DNA of 64,000 nucleotides from Candidatus Anderseniibacteriota bacterium (lineage in GTDB: Bacteria; Patescibacteriota; Andersenbacteria; UBA10190). The stretch covers positions 215,062 through 279,061 of the forward strand of contig JAIOOW010000002.1 of NCBI GenBank assembly GCA_021414205.1, in the 5' to 3' direction. This document shows, piece by piece, positions 55,555-64,000 of this stretch (positions are counted from its first letter, which is position 1; each line of letters opens with the position of its first letter). The position numbers and the translations under genes were made by a program. Under the pieces are notes generated by a model. That model made no database searches. It had not been told where the DNA came from and saw nothing but the letters and a program-made list of their open reading frames with translations.

Positions 55555-58062
55555 TTAGTATACACCAATTCGCCTATACAGTACTTTCTTCGCAACCTCT
55601 ACAATACAAGCATATCCGACCATAAGAGCTATAAGCCACACGATAAATTGGGTCGGCACAGGAACAAACCCAAACCATGCCGCAATCGGCGTATACGGTA
55701 TTACTGCCCCAAATAATGCGATACCAATAGATGTTACTGCCAGCAATTTACTAGGGATACTTCTGAAGAATGGCACAACACGCGTGCGGATACTGAAAAT
55801 GATAAGCGATTGAGTGACAAGGGATTCAACAAACCATCCTGTTTGGAACAACCCTGCTCCTGCGTGAAATATGGCGAGCAAAATAACGAATGTCGCAATA
55901 TCAATGAGCGAACTTATCGGCCCAAATATGATCATGAATTTTTTAATAAACACGATATCCCACTTTTTTGGAGTTCTCATATACTCTTCATCAACGCTAT
56001 CGGACGGCACTGCAAGTTCCGAAAAATCATACAACAAATTATTTAATAAAATCTGCACCGGCAGCATAGGCAAAAACGGCAGAAATAGTGACGCACCAGC
56101 CATGGAAACCATATTTCCGAAATTCGAACTGGTACCCATCATTAGATACTTCATAATATTTCCGTATGTCTTGCGGCCTTCTCGCACCCCGTCTAATAAC
56201 ACGCGCAAATCTTTTTTCAATAAAATGACATCCGCAGATTCTTTTGCAATATCCACAGCATTGTTTACAGAAATTCCAATATCAGCAGTTTTGAGCGATG
56301 GTGCGTCGTTGATACCATCCCCCATATATCCCACTACATTTCCGCGCTGCTTGAGCAACAAAATAATTCTATTTTTTTGAATCGGATTCAATCGAGCGAA
56401 TATCGTCGTCCTCTCTATGAGCGCCCCGAGCGCCCTGTCATTCATACGATCGATGCCACTCCCGTTCGAAATTCCGGAAATTGGCAACCCTAGCTCTTCG
56501 CACACATGGCGCGTCACCAAGTCGCCATCCCCCGTAAGAATTTTAACTTCTACCCCATGCTCTGCAAGTTCTTGCAACACGCGTTTTGCGGACTTTTTAG
56601 GAGGATCATAAAACGCCATCAAGCCCAGGTATGTCATCTTCATTTCGTCTTTTTCAGAATATTCTTTCTTGTGCACGACCGTACGGTGTGCAACCGCCAA
56701 CACCCGAAACCCTTGCGAGCTTAGCGCATGAAATCGATCCAATGCTTTTAATTTTTCTTTATGAGAAATATCGCACACCAACAATACTTCCTCAGGTGCG
56801 CCTTTTGAAATGATGCCGTTCTTCCCCTTATACTCAACTACCACAGATAAGCGCTTGCGGAAAAAATCGAATGGAATTTCTTGAATTTTTTTATATCCAA
56901 TATGAGAAACTTCTCCATGATGCAGTACCGCTTCCTCGAGAGGGCTCTTTAGCCCAGATTGAAATAATGCATTGATATATCCATATAGCAATACTTTCTC
57001 ACTTTCTTTTCCGGAAGCATCTTCATACCTTTCCAAGATAATTCTGTTTTCCGTAAGAGTTCCCGTTTTATCCATACAGCATACGTTCATGCTTCCAAAA
57101 TTTTGAATAGCGGGCAGATACTTCACCACCACATTCTTCTTCGACATGCGGAGCGCTCCTCGAGCCAAATTAACAGTCATAATGAGCGGCAATAATTCGG
57201 GCGTCAGGCCTACCGCAAGCGCCAATGCGAACAAGAACGAATCTAGAATACTATGCTTTAATAACGCATTCACAAAAAATACGAATATAACAAGTACGAG
57301 TGTCGTTTTCATCAGGAGATACCCGAAGGACTTAATCCCTCGCTCAAAATCCGTCTCAGGGCGTTTCTTCGCAACCTGATCGATAATTTTTCCTAACTCC
57401 GTACCTACTCCAGTTTTTACAACTACTGCCCTCCCACTCCCCGACTGCACATGCGTTCCCATAAAGAGCGTATTAACTCTCGCAGCATAATCCACTTGCG
57501 TGCCGCGAATAGCGCCAACTCGTTTTTCTTGAGGATACGATTCGCCCGTTAATACAGACTGATCGACCATAAGCTCCTGTGTTTCCAGAACACGAACATC
57601 AGCAGGAATAATATCTCCTGCTGAAAGTAAAATGACATCACCTATGACCACATCTGCAAGCGGAACTTCTTGTTTCTTATGGCTACGCAATACCGTTGCA
57701 GTAACAGAAACTTTTTTCTGCAGCAAGTCTACTGCATGCTCTGCATGACGCTCTTGAATTACGTCAATGATGACGCTTACCGAAATGATGACGGCGATAA
57801 TAATAAAATTAGAAAGCTCTCCTAATGATGCGGATATCAAACTTGCACATAGTAAAATAAGCACGAGAGGATTGAGCAGCTTTTTCAAAAATTGAACAAT
57901 CAGCAGGTCCTTCTTTTTATGCGCAAACACATTCTTCCCATATGCTCGTAATCGCTTTTGCGCTTCGTCTTCCGATAGTCCTTTTAGGGAAGATGCGAGC
58001 ATCCGCAATAATTCCTGTTCCGTTTCCTGCCAATACGCTTCAACTATTCGAATGTCTTTCAT
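55555..58062 (-). CDS. mgtA: magnesium-transporting P-type ATPase
   Basis: DKTGTLT phosphorylation site, MGDGINDAPSLK hinge, 10 TM, MgtA-like N-terminus. Confidence 0.85.
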   Translation of the reverse strand: MKDIRIVEAYWQETEQELLRMLASSLKGLSEDEAQKRLRAYGKNVFAHKKKDLLIVQFLKKLLNPLVLILLCASLISASLGELSNFIIIAVIISVSVIIDVIQERHAEHAVDLLQKKVSVTATVLRSHKKQEVPLADVVIGDVILLSAGDIIPADVRVLETQELMVDQSVLTGESYPQEKRVGAIRGTQVDYAARVNTLFMGTHVQSGSGRAVVVKTGVGTELGKIIDQVAKKRPETDFERGIKSFGYLLMKTTLVLVIFVFFVNALLKHSILDSFLFALALAVGLTPELLPLIMTVNLARGALRMSKKNVVVKYLPAIQNFGSMNVCCMDKTGTLTENRIILERYEDASGKESEKVLLYGYINALFQSGLKSPLEEAVLHHGEVSHIGYKKIQEIPFDFFRKRLSVVVEYKGKNGIISKGAPEEVLLVCDISHKEKLKALDRFHALSSQGFRVLAVAHRTVVHKKEYSEKDEMKMTYLGLMAFYDPPKKSAKRVLQELAEHGVEVKILTGDGDLVTRHVCEELGLPISGISNGSGIDRMNDRALGALIERTTIFARLNPIQKNRIILLLKQRGNVVGYMGDGINDAPSLKTADIGISVNNAVDIAKESADVILLKKDLRVLLDGVREGRKTYGNIMKYLMMGTSSNFGNMVSMAGASLFLPFLPMLPVQILLNNLLYDFSELAVPSDSVDEEYMRTPKKWDIVFIKKFMIIFGPISSLIDIATFVILLAIFHAGAGLFQTGWFVESLVTQSLIIFSIRTRVVPFFRSIPSKLLAVTSIGIALFGAVIPYTPIAAWFGFVPVPTQFIVWLIALMVGYACIVEVAKKVLYRRIGVY

Positions 58063-58065
58063 ATA

Positions 58066-58983
58066 CTAGAACCCGTCAGCGGATGCAGCAGTGTCGGCTT
58101 GTTGCCCTTCCCCAATTCCGGTATTCACGTCTATATTTAATTTCGTGGTTTTCCCCGCCGTAATAGTAACAGTAGCAGGTACGCCCGTAATCGATCCTAA
58201 TATCTGCGGTAGCATGGAAATATAATACTTTCCGGCAGGGAGCTCTTGTGCAAATACTCCATTCGGACCCGGGACAATAGTTGCAATCAATAGCGATTGG
58301 TCCGAAGACGAAACCGTAATTGGACGATCAGCAAACATTTTCACAGATGGAGCGCATGCGGCACCAGTCTGTCCAGATGCGCAGATCGGACCGATAGTCA
58401 TCGTGCCTTGCAATATTCCTGTTGTAACCGGAGTCGCACTCACGCTCGGTAAGGGAGTTGGCGTACTGATAGGAAGCGGAGTTGGCGTAGCATTAATATA
58501 ATTTGGAAACGAAAGCGGTAATGCAACGGTCGACGGAAAATCAGGTAATCCGGAACCTAAATTCTTTTCAACAATAAGTGTTCCTTGGGACGTAGTCGGG
58601 AAAAACGCAATCGTTGCCGTAAATGGAATAAAACCATTCACTGCCGTTGTGACCGTAGGCTTCGCTTGTGTATATGCAAGGCCATGCCCGGCCGCATCCA
58701 AAAGCCGCACGGTAAATGCACCTCCAATGTACCAATCAGGAATCGCCTTCCCCGTTATCGTAAGCGGGCTTACTACCTGGGACCCTTGCTTTAATCCATC
58801 TATATGAATTTCACTTGTTCCAAATCCGCCTTCCGGAGTTATAGATGGAATAGGCGTGGCTTTTACGGGAGCAGAAAACGTGCATCCATTATTGTTTCCG
58901 CACTGTACCCACAACACTATAACCACGCCAATTGCCGCAACTACAATAAGTAATCCAAATAATCGCGACGCGATGGAGGTCAT
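58066..58983 (-). CDS. membrane-anchored Gmad2/Ig-like-domain protein with a Pro/Thr-rich linker
   Basis: Signal anchor MTSIASRLFGLLIVVAA; Gmad2-like module (DGLKQGSQVVSPLTITGKA...FTVRLLDAAG); start chosen at the ATG 6 nt after a TGCTATACT -10 (track ORF extends to 59073). Confidence 0.55.
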   Translation of the reverse strand: MTSIASRLFGLLIVVAAIGVVIVLWVQCGNNNGCTFSAPVKATPIPSITPEGGFGTSEIHIDGLKQGSQVVSPLTITGKAIPDWYIGGAFTVRLLDAAGHGLAYTQAKPTVTTAVNGFIPFTATIAFFPTTSQGTLIVEKNLGSGLPDFPSTVALPLSFPNYINATPTPLPISTPTPLPSVSATPVTTGILQGTMTIGPICASGQTGAACAPSVKMFADRPITVSSSDQSLLIATIVPGPNGVFAQELPAGKYYISMLPQILGSITGVPATVTITAGKTTKLNIDVNTGIGEGQQADTAASADGF

Positions 58984-59057
58984 ACGCAAAGTATAGCATA
59001 GTCCACATGTCAAGTTGCGTTCGTATCTTGCGAGTATACGCTTAGATATAGAAAGAG

Positions 59058-59720
59058 GTGATATATATGACATTTATAAACACTTGTATAAAAACTACTG
59101 GATTCGCTCTCGTGCTTGTAAGCTCTTTTTTACTTGCCCCAGCAACGCATGCATCTACCGGATTACTTGATCGCGTACATGAAGCGCTTGTTGACACGAA
59201 CCTTCCTACTGACATGAAAACTCAGCAAGCATATGACGTCTGCGTAATCAGCGGACACTATACAACATTTGATCAATTAGTGAACGCAATGAAATGGCAA
59301 AAACAGCACGGACACACTACTCCAAACATCATCGATTGCATGAATACTAATAAAGTATGGAAATTCACCGGCGAAGTCACGGAAGTAAACAAATGGAAAT
59401 TGGAAACGGTTGGCGTTACCAAGAGCGGGCTAGAAACTCGACCGAAATTCGATATTACGAATCATACGATTGTAAAACATGGCGTACTGCTATTCGATGT
59501 AAGCTACCAGATGCACTACGATGTAAAAGATGAAATTCGAAGAGGTTCTGCTGTTACTGTATGGGCGACACATACTAACGAAGCACTGATTATTCAAAAC
59601 AATGCGCCGCACGGACAAGGAGACTATTATGGACACGTTGATTGCCCATCATGCCAAGTAGACAACACATTTGCCGCAACACCAGATCCGATTACCGACG
59701 ATCATCACAGCGAGGATTAA
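59058..59720 (+). CDS. secreted hypothetical protein
   Basis: N-terminal signal peptide ...LLAPATHAS; no family recognised. Confidence 0.5.
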   Translation: MIYMTFINTCIKTTGFALVLVSSFLLAPATHASTGLLDRVHEALVDTNLPTDMKTQQAYDVCVISGHYTTFDQLVNAMKWQKQHGHTTPNIIDCMNTNKVWKFTGEVTEVNKWKLETVGVTKSGLETRPKFDITNHTIVKHGVLLFDVSYQMHYDVKDEIRRGSAVTVWATHTNEALIIQNNAPHGQGDYYGHVDCPSCQVDNTFAATPDPITDDHHSED

Positions 59721-59741
59721 CAAAAAAGAACGCACGAAGAA

Positions 59742-59770
59742 TACTACCCCCGCCATTAGCGGGGGTAGTA
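59742..59770. terminator. bidirectional terminator hairpin (12-bp perfect stem TACTACCCCCGC / GCGGGGGTAGTA, 5-nt loop) between convergent genes
   Basis: Perfect inverted repeat; A-rich upstream, T-rich downstream. Confidence 0.55.
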
Positions 59771-59794
59771 TGTTTACCGTTCACCTTGCGGCAG

Positions 59795-60280
59795 CTACAG
59801 CTCTTGATTAATAAGCTTGTCGATATCCAGGTACTTTGTGACCATCGTAATCTCGCCAGTTTCATCCTTAAGCCATTGTTCTTGCGGACGATCGCAATAT
59901 AGCTCAATTCCATTCCCATCCGGGTCATCGAGATACACAGCTTCAGAAACACCGTGATCAGAAGATCCGGTAATCGGATATTTGGCATCCAAAATCCGCT
60001 TCACCGTTTCGGCAAGCGCTTTCCTCGATGGCAATAAAATCGCAACATGATACAATCCCGTATGCCCAAGCGGCGCAGGTCCCCCATCTTTGCTTTCCCA
60101 AGTGTTAAGTCCGATATGATGATGGTACCCACCCGCAGACAAAAAGACTGCCTGGTCGCCGATGCGCGACTGCACTTCAAACCCTAAAATGTCGCGATAA
60201 AACTTCAGCGAATTATCAATATTCGACACTTTAAGGTGCACATGCCCGATTGTTGTTTGTGGATCAATACTCATATACAT
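59795..60280 (-). CDS. VOC-family (glyoxalase/bleomycin-resistance/dioxygenase fold) protein
   Basis: GHVHLKVSNIDNSLKFYRDILGFEV...HHHIGL VOC motifs, two beta-alpha-beta-beta-beta modules. Confidence 0.75.
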   Translation of the reverse strand: MYMSIDPQTTIGHVHLKVSNIDNSLKFYRDILGFEVQSRIGDQAVFLSAGGYHHHIGLNTWESKDGGPAPLGHTGLYHVAILLPSRKALAETVKRILDAKYPITGSSDHGVSEAVYLDDPDGNGIELYCDRPQEQWLKDETGEITMVTKYLDIDKLINQEL

Positions 60281-60294
60281 GAGTATACAGCAGC

Positions 60295-62106
60295 TTAGCT
60301 TTTCTTGTTTCCGCGCTTACGCATGTTCTTCTTCAAGTGCATTTTGCGCAATCGCAAGTTTTTCGGAGTAACTTCTAGAAGGTCGTCATCACCCAAGTAT
60401 TCAATACATTCTTCAAGACTCATTGATACTGGGGTATGGTATGCCTCGGAAACTCCTTCACCAGCAGATCGCATATTGGTTAATTGCTTTTCTTTACAAA
60501 TATTTACATCCAAGTCTTCAGCGCGGATATGCTCTCCCACGATCATACCCTCATACACCTTTACCTGCGGACCGATGAACAATTTTCCGCGACCCTGTGC
60601 ACCAACTAATCCATACGTTGTACTCACGCCATCTTCATGGGCAATAAGTGATCCATGATGGCTGGTTGCAATCTCTCCGATGTACGGCAAGTATCCATGG
60701 AAGATGGAATTGATAATTCCTTCTCCACGAGTGTCCGTTAAGTACTCTGCTCGGTATCCGATCAATCCTCGCGTAGAAACTAAGAAGTGCATGTGCGCCG
60801 TTTTTCCTTCAACGCGCATATCTTTCATTTCTCCTTTGCGCTTTCCCATTTTCTCAATCACGGTACCAGCAGCTTCTTCAGGACATTCAAAATACACATC
60901 TTCGAATGGCTCTTCTTTCTTTCCATCTTTTTCATGGAAAATAACTTGCGGTCGGCCAACTTGGAATTCGTATCCTTCTCGAAGCATTTTTTCAATTAAG
61001 ATTGCCAAGTGCAATTCACCTCGTCCGAATACGGTAAACATTCCGTCAGTTCCTTCGCTGATTTCAACCTTCAACGCAACGTCAGATAATGTTTCTCGTT
61101 CGAGTCGCGCTTTTAAGTGTCGAGCAGTTGAAAACTCTCCTTCTTGCCCAGCAAATGGGGAAGTATTTACGGAAAAGCTCATCTTTACTGTTGGTTCGTC
61201 GATATGAATCAAAGGAAGCGCTACCGGATTCGCAAAGTCTGCAATCGTTTCCCCAATCTTCACCGGCTCAATACCAGCAATAGCAACAATGTCGCCTGGG
61301 AATACTTCATCAACTTCTACGCGACCCAATCCGTCGAACGTCATCACCGTAGAAACTTCCGCTGGCACATGCTCGCCATCACGCGTAATGCGCATTACTT
61401 TTTGTAATTTCTTAATCGATCCGCCCATAAGGGGTCCGATCACAATCTGGCCTTTATATGTGTCGTACACAGCATTTACAACAAGAAGTTGCATTGGCTT
61501 ATCTGAAACTGCTGGCGCAGGTACGAATTCAATAATTGCATCAAAAATTGGCGTAATATCTTTCATTGCAGATAAATCCGCCTCTTTGCCCGCTTTTCCA
61601 TTAATCGCAGAGGCATACAATACCTGGAAGTCGCACTGCTCATCCGTAGCGCCTAAATCGACGAATAGCCCGAATGTTTGATCAAGCACCCACTGTACAC
61701 GAGCTTCTGGAACGTCGATTTTATTAATAACAACAATCACGCGATGCCCTGCTTCAAGCGCTTTCTTAAGCACGAACTTCGTTTGTGGCATCGGACCGTC
61801 TTTTGCATCTACGAGCAGCAGCACACCATTTGCCATGCTCATAATACGCTCTACTTCTCCGCCGAAGTCAGCATGCCCGGGAGTATCGATAATATTAATT
61901 TTGTACCCCTTATATTGAACAGCTGCGTTCTTTGAGAAAATAGTAATCCCTCGTTCGCGTTCCAATTCATTGCTATCCATGATCAAGTTGCTCGTGTCTT
62001 CTTTTGCACGAAATTCTTCAGACTGTCGTAAAAGCGCATCTACTAATGTAGTTTTGCCATGATCTACGTGAGCGATAATTGCAACGTTTCGAATTTGGAT
62101 AGCCAT
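60295..62106 (-). CDS. typA: translational GTPase TypA/BipA
   Basis: IRNVAIIAHVDHGKTTLVDALL G1 motif, EF-G-like domains, 603 aa. Confidence 0.9.
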   Translation of the reverse strand: MAIQIRNVAIIAHVDHGKTTLVDALLRQSEEFRAKEDTSNLIMDSNELERERGITIFSKNAAVQYKGYKINIIDTPGHADFGGEVERIMSMANGVLLLVDAKDGPMPQTKFVLKKALEAGHRVIVVINKIDVPEARVQWVLDQTFGLFVDLGATDEQCDFQVLYASAINGKAGKEADLSAMKDITPIFDAIIEFVPAPAVSDKPMQLLVVNAVYDTYKGQIVIGPLMGGSIKKLQKVMRITRDGEHVPAEVSTVMTFDGLGRVEVDEVFPGDIVAIAGIEPVKIGETIADFANPVALPLIHIDEPTVKMSFSVNTSPFAGQEGEFSTARHLKARLERETLSDVALKVEISEGTDGMFTVFGRGELHLAILIEKMLREGYEFQVGRPQVIFHEKDGKKEEPFEDVYFECPEEAAGTVIEKMGKRKGEMKDMRVEGKTAHMHFLVSTRGLIGYRAEYLTDTRGEGIINSIFHGYLPYIGEIATSHHGSLIAHEDGVSTTYGLVGAQGRGKLFIGPQVKVYEGMIVGEHIRAEDLDVNICKEKQLTNMRSAGEGVSEAYHTPVSMSLEECIEYLGDDDLLEVTPKNLRLRKMHLKKNMRKRGNKKS

Positions 62107-62130
62107 AATAATTGGATGTGAATAAAAATC

Positions 62131-63474
62131 TTATAAATGAACTCTCGGCTTGCGAGATGAGGAAGTATGACTTCCATGAGGTTTGCGAGAAAATCCGCTC
62201 GCATTTCGTGTTCCGCTTGGACGGTTGCTTCGAGGACCTCGTGAATGGGATTGCGGACGAGCATACTTAAATGTCGCTCTGCGATGTCCTTGCCCTACAC
62301 GACGATCATCTTCAATAAACATATTGTGCGATGTAACTGCTCGCGCCTTCGGAAGTTCCGGCAATGCGGAGATAGAAAGCTGCGTGCGCACTAATCGCTC
62401 GATCGCGCGAAGCTTGTAGCGCTGATCAGGAGTAATAAACGTTACAGCCTTTCCTTTTAATCCTGCTCGGCCAGTTCGACCAACTCGATGCACGTAATCA
62501 TCTGGGCTTTCCGGTAAATCATAGTTAACAACGAGCTCAATATTCGTAACGTCAATTCCTCGCGCAGCAATGTCCGTTGCAACCAATACTCGAAAATCTC
62601 CAGACTTAAACCCTGCGAGAGAGCGTCGTCGTTGAGATAACGACAAATTGGAATGAATTTCCGCAGTTGTATGCCCCATGTGCTTAATTGCTCGGCAAAT
62701 TTTCTTTGCTCCGTACTTTGTTCGAGAAAACACAAGAACAGTACCTTTAAACTCATCGAGAAGCTTATCAAGCATTCGATCTTTCTGATCTCGAGATACC
62801 AAGTAAAAATCCTGATCAACCTGCTCAGATACCGATCCTGCTCGCGCAACTTCAATGCGTACAGGAGTCTTCATGTACTTTGTTGCGATTGCAACAATTT
62901 CTTGCGGCATTGTTGCGGAGAACAATAATGTTTGTCGTTCTTTTGGAACATGGCGCAAAATCTCATTAATTTGTGGCGCAAATCCCATATCCAACATTCG
63001 GTCTGCTTCGTCTAATACTAATACGCCAATATTATTAAGCTGTAATTTCTTCTGCTCTAAATGATCGTTAATACGGCCAGGTGTTCCGATAATCACGTGA
63101 GGGCCGCGCTTTAATGACATAATCTGGTGATACATAGAAGCTCCCCCGATAAGCACTGCTGTTCGAATTCCAAATGTTTGACCGATTGTTCGAATAGCTT
63201 CTTCTACCTGGATAGCAAGTTCTCGAGTAGGTAAAATTACCAACCCTTGCTTCTTACTTGCGGCAAGCTGCTGAATCATCGGGAGCGAGAATGCAAACGT
63301 CTTTCCAGTACCCGTTTGAGCGATACCAATCACGTCCTTGCCTTCCACAGCAACAGGAATTGCCTGCGCCTGAATTGGCGTAGGAGTAGTGAACTTTAAT
63401 TTATCTAATACAGCAATAATGCTGGGTTTTAAGCCTAATTCGGCAAATGTTGACATAGTTATATAGTGTGACAT
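62131..63474 (-). CDS. DEAD-box ATP-dependent RNA helicase with a basic C-terminal tail
   Basis: Q-motif (TPTPIQAQAIP), AQTGTGKT, VLDEADRMLDMGF, SAT, HRVGRTGRAG motifs; likely true start is the internal MSTFAELGL at 63456. Confidence 0.9.
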   Translation of the reverse strand: MSHYITMSTFAELGLKPSIIAVLDKLKFTTPTPIQAQAIPVAVEGKDVIGIAQTGTGKTFAFSLPMIQQLAASKKQGLVILPTRELAIQVEEAIRTIGQTFGIRTAVLIGGASMYHQIMSLKRGPHVIIGTPGRINDHLEQKKLQLNNIGVLVLDEADRMLDMGFAPQINEILRHVPKERQTLLFSATMPQEIVAIATKYMKTPVRIEVARAGSVSEQVDQDFYLVSRDQKDRMLDKLLDEFKGTVLVFSRTKYGAKKICRAIKHMGHTTAEIHSNLSLSQRRRSLAGFKSGDFRVLVATDIAARGIDVTNIELVVNYDLPESPDDYVHRVGRTGRAGLKGKAVTFITPDQRYKLRAIERLVRTQLSISALPELPKARAVTSHNMFIEDDRRVGQGHRRATFKYARPQSHSRGPRSNRPSGTRNASGFSRKPHGSHTSSSRKPRVHL

Positions 63475-63490
63475 GCTCCCGTAATGTCAC
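63468..63490. promoter_or_regulatory. inverted repeat GTGACAT-N9-ATGTCAC overlapping the DEAD-box helicase 5' end
   Basis: Perfect 7-bp arms at 63468-63474 / 63484-63490. Confidence 0.3.
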
Positions 63491-63681
63491 AAAATATGCC
63501 ATGTGGGCTCAGGTCCGATTAAGTTGTTAGTGCATGCATCATAGAACATACCCCAAAACATGTCAAATCTCCTGCACTAGACAAGCTGCCCATTTCGTAC
63601 TATTATAGTCCTCGTCCTAAATACCTATGGTTGGTATGCCACGGACGGCTCGTTAAAAATCGTATACAGGAAAAAGCTATT

Positions 63682-64000
63682 GTGCTGACAGCGACAATGC
63701 AAAAACAACGATTCGGTGTATGGGACATCTATCCCGTAACCAACAACAAGGGGGAGGAAGTCTCTCTCTGGATCGCAAGAAATGAAGTCCACGTAAAAAG
63801 GAATTGCCAAGCAATCAGCTTCGCCGAAAAAGGGCGCATCAAGACATGGAGCCTCGCTTTCTTTCTTGAAAAACTCGGCCTCCTCGAAGATCAGTGGCTT
63901 ATCACGGCGGGCACGAGCACAATCCCCGAGCTGCCCGATGGCCTCATTCGCTCAGAATTTGGCCATCGATCTATCGTGGCGCATCGCACCGAAGAAACCA
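63682..64000 (+). CDS. partial hypothetical CDS running off the window end, GC-richer than the rest of the window
   Basis: AGGAAAAAG RBS 5 nt before GTG 63682 (ATG 63697 in frame); the open frame continues to the window edge; the last ~170 nt are visibly GC-richer. Confidence 0.4.
   Translation, partial: MLTATMQKQRFGVWDIYPVTNNKGEEVSLWIARNEVHVKRNCQAISFAEKGRIKTWSLAFFLEKLGLLEDQWLITAGTSTIPELPDGLIRSEFGHRSIVAHRTEET

Noticed and set aside
1-64000. CRISPR array
   Set aside because: No regularly spaced direct repeats of CRISPR length found anywhere; the only repeated elements are short promoter nonamers and the intragenic duplication in the giant membrane protein.

Overview
This 64 kb window is a densely packed bacterial chromosomal segment, about 60 genes with short or overlapping junctions, including many 4-nt ATGA overlaps. 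GC is roughly mid-40s, dropping locally to high 30s. I saw no rRNA, tRNA or CRISPR array. One tmRNA (ssrA) sits immediately downstream of smpB. Recognisable housekeeping genes are infC-rpmI-rplT, smpB, lgt, mscS, gpsA, folC, a thyX-folA-glyA thymidylate/folate block, trhO, typA/bipA, a DEAD-box helicase, mgtA and a UvrD-family helicase-nuclease. There are two gene islands that set the window apart. The first is a complete type IV pilus assembly operon on the minus strand (pilB, pilC, three prepilin-like genes, pilM, pilN, pilO) with a PMT-family (GT39) protein O-mannosyltransferase embedded between the pilin genes. The second is a roughly 21 kb cell-envelope glycoconjugate locus. It encodes a HAD-phosphatase/UbiA (decaprenyl-phosphate phosphoribosyltransferase-like) fusion, two DedA proteins, UXS, a ROK kinase, at least nine GT2/GT4 glycosyltransferases, an FkbM methyltransferase, a PAP2 fusion and three very large polytopic membrane proteins of 510, 1201 and 775 aa. 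The membrane proteins look GT-C-like, and the largest carries an internal tandem repeat. Two DsbA-like/VKOR/glutaredoxin oxidoreductase pairs are also present. A recurrent promoter architecture, (T)GCTATACT followed 6-8 nt later by the start codon, suggests frequent leaderless transcription. The gene content suggests, as an inference, a monoderm and possibly CPR/Patescibacteria-like organism: lgt, PMT, DPPR-synthase-like enzyme, VKOR and a type IV pilus.
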